NCBI GenBank assembly: GCA_951406725.2 | Contig: OX597833.1 | Coordinates: 42,780,001-42,844,000, forward strand | Length of the DNA stretch: 64,000 nucleotides | DNA from: Octopus vulgaris | Lineage: Eukaryota | Reading direction: 5' to 3' | Part shown: positions 41,210-53,105 of the stretch, one piece after another | How the letters are laid out: each line of letters begins with the position of its first letter | How positions within the stretch are numbered: position 1 is the first letter of the stretch | Translations under genes and position numbers: made by a program | Notes under the pieces: model-generated | Databases searched by the model: none | Told to the model about the DNA's origin: nothing | The model's input: only the letters and a program-made list of their open reading frames with translations

Positions 41210-41228
41210 AAGAAGAAGATGAAGAAGA
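41077..41228. repeat. (TAA)n(GAA)n expansion inside the Penelope RT-EN linker
   Basis: Direct repeat between coding remnants. Confidence 0.95.
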
Positions 41229-42070
41229 ATATTAGACCTAAAATAGACAAAAGAAAATTATTTGGTTCGCCCCTTTCTTTTCCCTTAATAGTAAAAACTA
41301 ATTTAGGTAAAAGATTCCTGTCTCTCCTAGACAAATACTTTTCAGTAACTCACAGATACAGAAAAATATTTAAGAGGCATTCCGTGAAATTATTATATAG
41401 CTGCTGTTCCAATATAAAACGTATCGTTACAGGAGGTTAATACTATCTAGACCCAGGATCCTGTCCACTTGATCAACAATGTATGATTAAATTTGTTAAA
41501 TACGAGGCAGGAGTTACCGCAACGGTAGATGATAATACAATAGATAAGAAGACCTATATTGGATTATGTGAAGGAGAAGTTAAAAATCGCTATGCCAATC
41601 ACATAACCTCCTTCCGACATAAGGACAAAAGTAAAGTTACTAAGTTGGCTAGCCACGTATGGAGTCTGAAATCTAACGCAACACCACATGGGATTAAGTG
41701 GAAAATAATTGAAAAATCCACACCTTATGTTAATGGATCAAATAAATGTAAACTATGATTAGCTGAAAGAGCTCAGATCCATTTCAGATCTAAGATCCTT
41801 AATTCGCTACTGAACTCTAGGCTTGAAATTTTCAGCAGTTGTAAACATATGTCTAAGTATATTTTGCGGAATTGGAAAATTCTGCCTATACCTGATTAAC
41901 TTGTTGATAACTTTCCAGTCTAATAGTTTAAGGTCTAAAGAGAATAACTCTTTTACCTTTTTTTTACTTTTTGGTTTTCCATTTTTAACCTTGCGCGTTT
42001 TCTATATGCTTCCTTCTCAAATTTTCTTGTATTTCTCTCATGAAAAAGTTTTAGTTATGATATGTGGTTT

Positions 42071-42125
42071 GTGTCTGATGATTATCTTTGAGGTGTTTCT
42101 TAACATATGAAACTGTTAGTAGCAT
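42071..42125 (+). ncRNA. Hammerhead motif in the Penelope 3' pLTR
   Basis: gugu-CUGAUGA-(27 nt, weak helix II)-GAAA-cu guu ag-UA-gcau, about 190 bp downstream of the GIY-YIG end. Confidence 0.7.
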
Positions 42126-42239
42126 ATAAACACATATATTGTGTCTATTAAGTAATATTTATATCTCACCAGATGGACTACTTTTTTGTTGATCTTATAT
42201 ATATAATGTGTGTGTGTATCTCTCTCTCTCTCTCTCTCT

Positions 42240-42276
<37 letters not shown>

Positions 42277-42329
42277 TATGTATAATGTATAGGTGGTCTC
42301 TCCATACCGAGAAAATTATTACGAGATTC

Positions 42330-42660
42330 GTAAGTCGAACAAATCAACCCAATTTAAGCCTACTACTTATTCTATCGGTCTTTTTTGCCCAACCGCTATG
42401 CAACGGGGACGTAAACACAGTAACATCGGTTGTCAAGCGATGGTGGAGGACAAACACAGACACACAAACACACACACACGCACACACATATATATATATA
42501 CATATATAAGACGGGCTTCTTTCAGACCAAATGCACTCGCAAGCCTTTGGTCGGCCCGAGGCTGTAGTAGAAGACACTTGCCCAAGGTACCACGCAGTGG
42601 GACTGAACTCGGAACCATGTGGTTGTGAAGCAAGCTACTTACCACACAGCCACTCCTAAG
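42330..42660 (-). mobile_element. SINE family B (3' tail missing)
   Basis: Reverse complement of the family B head and body. Confidence 0.88.
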
Positions 42661-42709
42661 CATGTATATATACATATAAAATTCAAATAATCAAAATATA
42701 TAATAAAAA

Positions 42710-42966
42710 GTCAGGGTACAGTATGTATCTGTTTGTTTGAAAGAGGAATTTAAACCCTCCAAAACCACGCATCTCTCACAATATGTAAACACGCACGGAA
42801 AAATAGCAAATACATTTCTCCGAAACAGTCCTCCCATTTGTAAGATACATTTAGTAAAATACAAATGAAATCAGAGATATCATCGTATCAATTGATTTCG
42901 CTTTCTGTGAGAGATGCGGGGTTTTAACTCCTCTTTCAAGCAAACAGGTACATATTGTACCCTGAC
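42710..42966. repeat. Inverted repeat, ~60-70-bp arms and ~125-bp spacer (MITE-like or inverted retro-remnant)
   Basis: gtcagggtacagtatgtatctgtttg...gcatctctcaca versus tgtgagagatgc...caaacaggtacatattgtaccctgac. Confidence 0.85.
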
Positions 42967-43349
42967 GTTTCTTAAAATTTATTATATATATTGGACATGG
43001 ATGATCGTTGCATTCTTTCTTGTCTTGAGGTTCACAGCCAAACGGCTGGGTAGATTCGCGTGAAAAATACAACACATATGGGGACGGGTGCATATATTGA
43101 GCTGCAGTTTGTATTTTTCCCTAGCCCACATAGTTACCGAGAAAATCGATTAAAACTTTTTCCATTGGAATTCCCCTGTTTGTTCTGCTCACACAGCCGG
43201 GATATACCATTTCACTAGCGACAAGGAGAGTACAGGTTGACAGTCAGTCAGAACTTTCATTATGCTGTCTCTCTTCTTTCACCTCTTTGTGGGGTTAATA
43301 ATCTTAATCTTTAGTTACAGTTTCTAATCCAAACTACATAATAGGCAGA

Positions 43350-43430
43350 ATTGTCGGATTAAGACAGTAGGATGTTTTGAGGGAGATTTGGCTGCTATTT
43401 CTACCAGGTCTAGCTACTATGTAAAGGTCT
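43350..43430. mobile_element. Representative of an old dispersed repeat family (GATTTGGCTGCTATTTCTA motif)
   Basis: Diverged versions of the motif recur near 6470, 14180, 17925, 18210, 25220, 33235, 33770 and 35995; class unknown. Confidence 0.5.
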
Positions 43431-44045
43431 GAACTAAATTTTCATTCACATATTTGCAATTCAAAACTTTAACATAATCTTTTCCATAAATCAACTATCG
43501 TAAAAATTTTATACGATGATCTCACATTTTCTATGTATGTATGTGTACCTTAAAAGACGTCAATCATCACGACATACGCCTTCACTCACTCACTCTATCT
43601 CTCTTTCTCACCCTCTTTCTCTCTCACATGCACACGCGCAAGTACGCACGCACACACACATACACACACTCACACGTCCATTTCACATACCTTCTATCAA
43701 TTTCTGCTCGCTGCAAGTAAAATTTTTTACGGATACAACTGCTTACAAAAATAGGGATTAATGTATAATTTCTTTCTAATTTCATAATTAAATCAATGAT
43801 TTAATGATTAGACAGACGTCCAATAGAATAGCCCTCAGAAACAGACTACGCACAAATTCGTTCTTCACAACTCCTGAAACTGTTTTCTGACAAGTGTAGG
43901 GCGAATCAGAAAATTTTCATACAGCTGGAGGCTCCAATCGAAACAGGAGACCCGAAATGATAAGGTTGAGAAGCGCTGTTATAGATTATGCCTAACCGAA
44001 AACGATCACAGCCACATCATTCAAACAACTGGGCTTAGTTGCTAG

Positions 44046-44075
<30 letters not shown>

Positions 44076-44076
<1 letters not shown>

Positions 44077-44321
44077 ACGTGGTCTGATCAATAAGTATCC
44101 GGACTGGTGGCATAGTAACGAAGTTAAAGTACACAGAGTGAAGAAGCTACACACCTTCCTTCCAAGCACTGCTGTAAACAGCGGAAGTAAGATAGACCGT
44201 CAAAACTTAGTGCACATGCACAGCAGTATTCAATGTCAGTCGGTGCCGAGCGGTTTTACTCCGCGTGCTTTAGCTTCGTTACTATGGTTACAGTCCGGAT
44301 TCTTATTGATCGGACCTCGTA
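44076..44321. mobile_element. mariner-type MITE with TA ends
   Basis: TIR tacgtggtctgatcaataagtatccggactg / cagtccggattcttattgatcggacctcgta, extending imperfectly to about 60 bp. Confidence 0.9.
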
Positions 44322-44349
44322 TATATGTGTGTGCGTATGTACGTCAATG

Positions 44350-44380
<31 letters not shown>

Positions 44381-45528
44381 ACACACATACACGCACACTC
44401 ACACAAACATATACATGTACATATACGCGCGTACATGTGTGTATATTTGTGCGTACGTATAACATTTCGAAATATAACACATACATACAAATGCATAGAC
44501 TCTCTCGCACATACACTCGAACGCACACATATACACACTCATATATTTGTCCTAGCTTAGATTGATACATCTATCTATGCATTTGTAAGTGTGCATGTCT
44601 GTATAACTAAAAGCATGTATGCTTGTATGTGTGTGTGTGTGTATGTGTGTATGTGTGTATGTGTGTATGTGTGTCTCATTTGCGAATGTCACAGATACAG
44701 GAATCAAAAATTAAAAATAAACGTACAAAATAAAATAAAATAAAAAATATAATACAAACACACAAAATCCTCCCCAAAATGACAATCTCTTCTCTGTTGT
44801 CTGATCACAAATGAAATGCTCTTTGCTTCACCCACACCACCACAGCAGGTCTTCTCTTTAGTTGTAATACGGCACATGTGATCTCACAATGATATTTGGT
44901 CGTGTTAGAAATTAAAACACTAAGCACAGTCTATTTATTTAACTTTGCCATTGTATGTAACTCAACAACACTATGAACTTTTTTCTAATTTAAGCGGAAG
45001 TTGCATGCTAGCATACCGGAAGAAGGCCTTATCAACAACACCCACAGACCATTTTTATTCACGTCTTTCATCTTTTCTTGTCTCTCTTTTCTTTTTATTC
45101 CTTGTTTCCATCCCATTTTTTGTCTTTTCTGGTGTTCTGCACTTTACAGATTTTCTTTTTCATTCTCTTTCATTCTTTTTCTTACATATTATCCTTCGTT
45201 CCTCTTTTTATTTATCTATTCATCACTTTTCATTTACTTCTATTTTGCTCATTCACAAACGGGCATTTTTAGATTGGAATTTTTATATTTTTTTATTTTT
45301 ATGTTCTTCATATTTTCTTTTCTCTTATAACAGAACTTGATTTATAACTTATACTGCTACTACAGTGCAAGACAGATTTAGATGAAGACCGTTTCAGCGG
45401 CACTCTATCTCTAAAGTGCAGTGTAATATATGGGATACCGTGGTATTTCTATGTTAATTCAATACGTGTGTGTCGGTGTGTGTGTGTATGTGTGTGTGTG
45501 TGTGTGTATGTGTGTGTGTGTGTGTTTG

Positions 45529-45576
<48 letters not shown>

Positions 45577-46295
45577 CCAGGCATGTATAACATTTAAGTA
45601 ATGCAAGCTTTTGCTACCTATCCGGTTTAGTTAGCCATTTATGTATGCGTGCATGTATGTTTATATATGTGTGCTGTGTGTGCGTGTGTGTGTATAATTA
45701 TATATTAGCTTACAACTAGACAAAGAAGCAAGCAAGCAGGCAGACAGGCGAACATGTAGCATTGCTGCTTCTATATTCAGGAGTCAGTTAGCTTCTACTC
45801 TGAGAGACGTCGGTGTTTTGAATCTGTGGTTGAGTACGTTATATAATCACTAACATTTGAAAGACCTAATTGCGGTCTGAATCGGTAAGATACAACTAAC
45901 GGAGTATAGAGCAGATACCAGTAAAAGTAACACACCTAGATATTTATATTTATTAATTAATTTATTTGTTTGTTTATTTTTGCTTACTTGCTCCAAATAG
46001 TTCTCTCATCGCAAGGCTAGACTGTATCACTGATACGAAAGCAATTCATATACTGCAGAGTTTCGTAACTTAGTGATAGTATTACAGAGTTATGCCAGAA
46101 TTATCTTCGTTTGCGATACCAATCGTAGTTTTACGATTGCAGCACAGGTAGTGGGCCACCTTTACGAAGAAGAAATTTTCGTTTCGTTGAAACTATTCAG
46201 GGTACAAGTACTTATATATATATTTGTCTGTGTGTTTGTGTATACATACATACATACATACATACGTACATACATACATACATACATACATACAT

Positions 46296-46628
46296 AATGG
46301 CTGCCCGCTCGTTATCGAGTATGGCCATTGCACGAAGCTTAACTATTACTGGTGCTGTGATCGAATGTGACTTTTTAGCCCAGATAAAGATCTACAATGT
46401 CTTGTACAGAATTGGCAACTAAAACCTTTACCGGTAATAGCCGGCTGTAGTTGTAACTGGGCTTCATGTACCTTTGCATGTCGTTTAAGTCCTCCTGCCG
46501 AATTACACTCTCTTCCACATGTCCAACAGATATGATTAGTATGGTGTGTAACAACACCACCAGTGGCCAGGTTGTCACTCATCTGTCTCGCTTTATGACT
46601 ACGAAGATGACTCTTGAGTCCAGCTTTA
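46296..46628 (-). mobile_element. RTE-like LINE 3' end encoding terminal C2H2 zinc fingers; tail (TATG)n
   Basis: ORF 46346-46645: ...GLKSHLRSH, CWTCGRECNSAGGLKRHAKVH, CQFCTRHCRSLSGLKSHIRSQH*; ~50-bp 3'UTR then (TATG)n; 5'-truncated in a microsatellite. Confidence 0.8.
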
Positions 46629-46759
46629 TACATACATACATACATTCATACATACATACACACACACACACATACATACATACATACATACATACATACA
46701 TACATACATACATACATACATACATACTCATACACACGCACACACGCACACACACATAT

Positions 46760-47153
46760 ATAGGGTATCGCCCAAAAATGTATACACACTTTAGCAGCTG
46801 ATAACTCAACTAATGTTTTTTTCTTTCCAGATTAAGTCCGTTGGAATCAATGATGGTAGTCAGACTAAGCTTTGAACAAAGGAAACTCATTCCAAAATGC
46901 TAATGGAAGTGTAAAAACGCAGTTGAAGTGCTAAGACAGTTTAGGAGGGAGTTTCAACGCGACTTACTATCACTCGAATTAGAGGTAAGTTTGAAGCCGA
47001 CGAAACTGTTCAGAATATCCGCGAAAAGCGTTCCGGAAGACCACGAAAATCGTCAGCCCCCACAAAGCAAGAAGGAGTGCTAGAAACGTATCAGCAAAGT
47101 CCAAGAGAATCTGTGCGGCAAGGAAGCCGTGAGGTAGGTATTTCAAAATCGTC
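46760..47153 (+). mobile_element. Tc1/mariner-superfamily transposase 5' remnant (DUF4817-like HTH)
   Basis: MVVRLSFEQRKLIPKC*WKCKNAVEVLRQFRREF / RLTITRIRGKFEADETVQN...RSGRPR...SPRESVRQGSREVGISKS; TIR-like start TA|TAGGGT. Confidence 0.82.
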
Positions 47154-48045
47154 TGGATGAAAGGGAAAGTTGACCTCGGCGGATTTTAAACTCAAAACGT
47201 GAAGATGGGTGAAAGGCCGCTAAGCATTTAATCTGTCGTGATTGTCATTATTATTATTATTCTTATTGTAAAATATTACAAATCCGCCATAATTATTAAC
47301 TGGCACCTAACCCAATAAATCGCAAAACACTGATCTAGATTCAGTTACATATATCACCTTTATGCTCCATTGGACATAAAATTATATAAAAGACAACAGG
47401 AGCAATTAAAAATAGAACTAGACTCATGCCCGGCCATGGACGATCCTTGCTGCATGGCTAAGACTACCATCGAGATATAACATCGAAATGCTGAACAAGA
47501 CAAAACGAAGCGAAATAAAGAAATGTTGAAACGTATAGAGACAAATCTCTGGCGTGCCTACAGTTTGTGTTTGTGCGTGTGCGCGCGGCTCTATGCGTGT
47601 GTGTTCCTGGGTTCATGTGCATGCACACACTGTGTCACACGTAATCAGCCCGATCGGTTCAATCAATGCGCGCCATTTAAGCTATAATATTTTACATAAC
47701 CACATCAGAGGAAGTAATAGGCATTTACGTCACAAATCTTCTCTCAAACTAATAAAAGAGAGCGGTGCTTTTTTTCCAGTCTCTTGATCTACTTCCAAGC
47801 GTGCCCACTCTTACAGTCGACCGCTTTCAGTGTATATCAGTCAATATGTGGATAGCGATAACGTCTCTAACTCTTTTTCCTATTTAAGCAATTTCTTCTG
47901 TATGCCACTAATCTTGTATCACGTGTGTGTATATTTATATGTACACATATGTAGTTCTCAAATCACACACAAACATACATATATTTATGTGTGTATGTGT
48001 ACATATATACATACATGCATATCATATATATATAAACCACACGTC

Positions 48046-48112
<67 letters not shown>

Positions 48113-48176
48113 ATGCAGGCGTGTGGTTTATATATATATATATATGATATGCATGTATGTATATATGTACACATGC

Positions 48177-48727
48177 TCTTTCTCTTTTACTCTTTTACTT
48201 GTTTCAGTCATTTGACTGGGGCCATGCTGGAGCACCGCCTATAGTCGAGCAAATCGGCCCCAGGACTTATTCTTTGTAAGCCTAGTACTTATCCTAGCGG
48301 GCTCTTTTGCCGAACAGCTAAGTTACGGGGACGTAAACACACCAGCATCGGTTGTCAAGTTCATGTTGGGGGACAAACACAGACACACAAACATATACAC
48401 ACACACATACATATATATATACGTGTACATATATACGATAGGCTTCTTTCAGCATCCGTCTACCAAATCCTCTCACAAGGCTTTGGTCGGCTCGAGGCTA
48501 TAGCAGAAAGCATTTGCCCAAGGAACCACGCAGTGGGACTGAATCTGGAACCATGTGGTTGGTAAGCAAGCTACTTACCACACAGCCACTCCTGCGCCTT
48601 TAGTCGAGCAAACCAACCCCAGGATTTATTCTTTGTAAGCCTAGTACTTCTGCCGAATCGCTAAGTTACGTGGATGTAAATACACCAACATCGGTTGTCA
48701 AGCGATGTTGGGTGGACATACACACGC

Positions 48728-48760
<33 letters not shown>

Positions 48761-48920
48761 TACGACAGGCTTCTTTCAGTTTCCGTCTACCAAATCCACT
48801 CACAAGACTTTGATCGACCGAGGCTATAGTAGAAGACACTCGCCCAAGGTGCCACGCAGTGAGACTGAACTCCGAACCCTGAGGTTGATAAGCAAGCTAC
48901 TTACCACACAGTCACTCCTA
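48177..48920 (-). mobile_element. Two tandem SINE family B copies (48177-48600 and about 48595-48920)
   Basis: Two reverse-complement heads and bodies joined at a cgccttta overlap. Confidence 0.9.
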
Positions 48921-48924
48921 CACT

Positions 48925-49400
48925 ATGATAAATGCAAAAATATGTTGGCGGTAGCGTGTGCTTTTGGCTTAAGTCAAGCGAACGTAGTTTCGTGAAAATG
49001 AAAGGATTTTTACTCACATTCAAGATACTTCAGGGATGTAGAGCACTGTAATCACCAAGGAAAGAGGTAAAATCATCGAAGGAATAGAACATCTTATTTC
49101 CTTCAGGCTTGAACGATAGACCCATCAGCCTATCCCCATAAGCCAGATGATAGTTCAGGAGAAATCGTTTTTCTTGTACACTCGCCTTAAAAAGAAGTAT
49201 GCTGACGACGTGACAGAGGATTTCAAGATCGGTCCAAAATGGTTTATACGATTCAAGCAGTGACATAAACCTTATCATAACGTTAAGTTTTAAGGCGAAA
49301 GTTCATTGGTGGATTCATTAGCAGCGACTGAGTTTTCTAATATTAATGAAGGTTAAGACAGCGGCTTTATTCACCAGCAATTTCCAAAGTATGCCATGAC
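48925..49400 (+). mobile_element. Decayed Tigger/pogo (CENP-B HTH) transposase fragment
   Basis: EEIEHLI, IVQEKS, DFKIGPKWFIRFKQ and HNVKF*GESSLVDSLAATEF resemble the F.AS.GWF.RFK and GE..S.D..AA..F motifs. Confidence 0.7.
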
Positions 49401-49471
49401 AATTGAACTGCATTACCTTTATAGCGTACCATGTTTAGAGCAATACATATGTTGTCATCCTTGTTTTCCTA

Positions 49472-49888
49472 AACTCATTTACTCTTTTAGTTGTTTCAGT
49501 CATTTGACTGCGGCCATGCTGGAGCACCGCCTTTAGTCGAATAAATCGACCCCAGGACTTATTCTTTATAAGCCTAGTACTTATTCTATCGGTTTCTTTT
49601 GCTGAAACGCTAAGTGACGGGGACGTAACCCCCCCCCCCCCCATTAGTTGTCAAGCAATGGTGGGGGGACAAACACAGACACACAAACATATACACACTT
49701 ACATATATATATATACATATATACGACGGGCTTCTTCCAGTTTCCGTCTACCAAATCCACTCACAAGGCTTTGGTCGGCCCGAGGCTATAGTAGAAGACA
49801 CTTGCCCATAGTGCCACGCAGTGGGACTGAACTCAGAACCATGTGGTTCGTAAGCAAGATACTTACCATACAGCCACTCCTGCGCCTA
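49472..49888 (-). mobile_element. SINE family B, full length
   Basis: Reverse-complement match from head to tail. Confidence 0.92.
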
Positions 49889-50003
49889 AAAGTAAATAAA
49901 AAGTAAATATAGCAAAAGTAAAAGTAAATAAAGCAAAATATATATCATAATTATTTACATTATTTACATTCGACCGATATTTGTCCTCATCTTCTTTGTT
50001 GTT

Positions 50004-50049
50004 AACACAACGTTTCGGCTGATATACCCTCCAGCCGTCATCGGGTGTC
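50004..50049 (-). ncRNA. Minimal hammerhead variant inside a 23-bp inverted repeat
   Basis: GACAC-CCGAUGA-c-GGCUG gaggguauau CAGCC-GAAA-CG-UU-GUGUU; U4C deviation. Confidence 0.65.
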
Positions 50050-50747
50050 TTGGGGAAATTTCGAATGTAAATAATGTAAATAATGTACATAATTCCTCAT
50101 CTCTTAAATATAGAACTGTATATATCATAATTATTCGTAACAAAGTAGTGAAGATGGTATTTATATAAAATCTTTTTCTTTATTATTTAAATCCTAAAGC
50201 GATTTCTGAATCCCCTTGTGTGTGGATATGGGTGGGGGTTGAGAAGTGTGGAACCACCTCTTGGCCACTATTTCTCCCATGTCTACTCTTACCCGGATCA
50301 ACAGCATCTGGCAAGGCATCAGTGGTGGCTTAATTATCATAAAAACCACCGTGTGTGAGGGACCGCAATAACTGTTGTCGCAGCATCCTTCTAGGATTTG
50401 ATTTCACGTGATTACTGATTATCTCATTTTAGCCTATCACTAGGAAGTAATCACGGATTCTCAGAAAGTGGTATTCGTGTTGTACAAGCGTTTATCGCTA
50501 TGATCCAGTGACGTAAACACATCTCTTTATCTTGACCTCGTTTGTCATTTGTCGTCTACTGAATGTCCAATGACAACGGAAGCATAGCGACGCGTACAGA
50601 CCTAACCAACTGGAAGCGCATAGTTACAAAGCAACGAGACTGAACAGTCATCTGAGAGGTCATGGACGGAAACTTAGAAATGATACGGGCAACATTGAAA
50701 CACAAGGAGACGGCAATCATTTATAAAGATGTCACAATCACCTTGCG

Positions 50748-50975
50748 TGTATGTATGTATGTATGTATGTATGTATGTATGTATGTATGTATGTATGTAT
50801 GTATGTATGTATGTATGTATGTATACATTATGTACGTATGCATGAGTGTATGTGTATGTGTGCGTGTGTATGTGTGTGTGTGTGTGTGTGTGTGCGTGTG
50901 TGTGTATGTATGTATGTATGTATGTATGTATGTATGTATGTATGTATGTATGTATGTATGTATGTATGTATGTAT
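50748..50975. repeat. (TATG)n/(TG)n compound microsatellite
   Basis: Direct repeat; preceded by a decayed RTE-like segment at about 50270-50745 containing gcatccttctagga. Confidence 0.93.
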
Positions 50976-51629
50976 GTCGCTTTTGTATTTCATCATTTAA
51001 ATTCCTCCTCTGAAGAAGGAGCTGCTTTCTTACAAAGATGCAAAACTCCATCTTTGGAATGGAGATAACGTAAACAACGTCACACTTTAAACTTGAGAAA
51101 AGTCTTGCATATTTTTACTGTTCCACTTACAGATTGTATTTGTAATGTGCGAATCAGCTGATTGATTACTTTTTCTGAAAATCGAAGCTTATCCAGATTG
51201 ACAGTTTGGCATTTACTTACAAAATCAAGTGCTACAATTATTATTGGTATAAATATAAATTTACAATCCGGATATAGAAGCTGGAGGCTTCGTATGTATA
51301 TTTTGTGTCACCCTGATTCGGCCAGGGTATTGCGTTAAGATTGTGCGTATTTGCAGAATACCCAATCATTTACATGTTCATTCAACGTATCACGCGTTCA
51401 TTTAACACGTTCATTTAACGTATCACACGTTAAATTGATCAAAACACTGAATGTTGATCGTTGAAACGGTCGGAAGATCCTTCATACATATGTACACATG
51501 AGTATACGTGCGTATATGAGTACGTTTTTGTGTATGTACATGAATGTGAGTGTGTGTGTGTGCGCTCGTGTGCGTCTATATGTATGTGTGTGTGTGTGTG
51601 TGTGTGTGTTTATATTGCTATAGATTGCA

Positions 51630-53055
51630 ATTTGCAAGATTATTTCATTGAGGAAAACAACCTCTTAGATAATACACAGTATGGTTTTCGGACTGAACGT
51701 GGTTGCCTGACACAACTATTACAACACCATAACTCTATCCGCAATAATCTCCAATAAAGTGGAAAGGACACTGAATGCGTACACCTTGATTTTGCTAAAG
51801 TGTTTGACAAGATTGATTATGGAATTATCTGTCATAGAATAAGGAATCTCGGTATCAAAGGAAACTCGGAGAATGACTCTTTGACTTCCTACGAGATAGG
51901 AATCAATATGTTGCTACAAAGAGTTATCTCTCAGCAAAGTCACTCGTAATAAGTGGTATACCTCAGGGTACGATTCTAGGAACATTGTTATTTACCATAT
52001 CCCTATCAAGCATAAACTCACAAGTGCAATTGGCCAACCTAATGAATTATGTCAACGACACCAAAATATCAATGGCTATCCAAACTCCAGAAGTTGCCAT
52101 CACACTCCAAGATGACCTAAATGTTATTTATCAATGGGCTGATAAAAATAATATGATATTTCAGCGCCTTCATTATGGAGGTCGAAAAAGCCAGCTTCTA
52201 TATATGGCTGAAGCGGGAAGACCAAAAATGGCTTGAAAGTCATAACATGCCGGCGGAAAATAACATCACTAGGTTAGACAAGCTGACACTGAATTACCTT
52301 CGCTGACTGACAGGTGACGGTCGTTTAGGGGATGCGTGGCTAAGACTACGCGCCTTCATTGGTCAGTTAAAGTTGAGACAGTGTCACGTGATAACTTGCT
52401 GGGGCTGCCTGCTGGAGGTAGCAGCAGGTATTTAAAGGGAAAAAAAATTGGCAAGACAGTCAGTCGCCCGCTGACACTCGTTGACGCTACATCGAAGAGG
52501 CCAGGGAACAGAAGAAAGAAGAAGAAAGAAGACATGTACCCAACACCAGAGCTGAAGACACCTCCGAAAGGGGGGGGCGCCACGTCAAAATGGTAGAGGA
52601 GTAGGGGCCGAAACTGGACGTGGTTCCTCCTCATGATGTCTTGAGCTAACTGGATACTATAAAGGAGCTGTTGTGGTAGCAGACCACGAAACTTGGTTGA
52701 AATTCCTGCCAGATGACTCATTGATTCAGAGCACTAACGACATGCAGAATTTAGGAATAATCATGTCAAGTGATGCCTCTTTCATCAGTCATATCACCAA
52801 ACTGACCTCTGACGTCTCATAGGGTGGATCCTACGAACCTTCACGACAAGAGAACCGGTAGTTATGCTAACTCTGTGGAAAACATTAATTTTGAGCAAAT
52901 TAGATTGCTGCTTACAGTTTTGGTCTCCAAATTCACCCGTTCTTATAGAAGAAATTGAAGGGTTACAAAGAACATTTACCTGTAAAATAACTTCCGTTAA
53001 TGGCCTTAATTACTGGAAACGTCTGAAAGCTATGCGTCTTTACTCTCTTGAATGC

Positions 53056-53105
<50 letters not shown>

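Larger units (their letters stand above)
39619..42195 (+). mobile_element. Disabled Penelope-like retroelement: RT + C-terminal GIY-YIG + 3' pLTR
   Basis: Motifs MDYST*NIP, KRMKLKAIFF, ISDKT, LKDYKPNF, IDWFKNI, FDIIDFYPS, GLY*VDGL (decayed YRDDGL), DFLDVSLDL, TYIGLCEGEVKNRYANH, WKIIEK and CKL*...CKH; many stops and frameshifts. Confidence 0.92.

Noticed and set aside
46346-46645. Host C2H2 zinc-finger gene exon
   Set aside because: It lacks TGEKP linkers and splice signals, is truncated in a microsatellite, and ends in a short tail shared with the 28602 retro-element. It is better explained as an RTE C-terminus.
51007-51068. CTGAAGA followed by a ctccat/atggag hairpin
   Set aside because: No GAAA, no helix I and no NUH in register.
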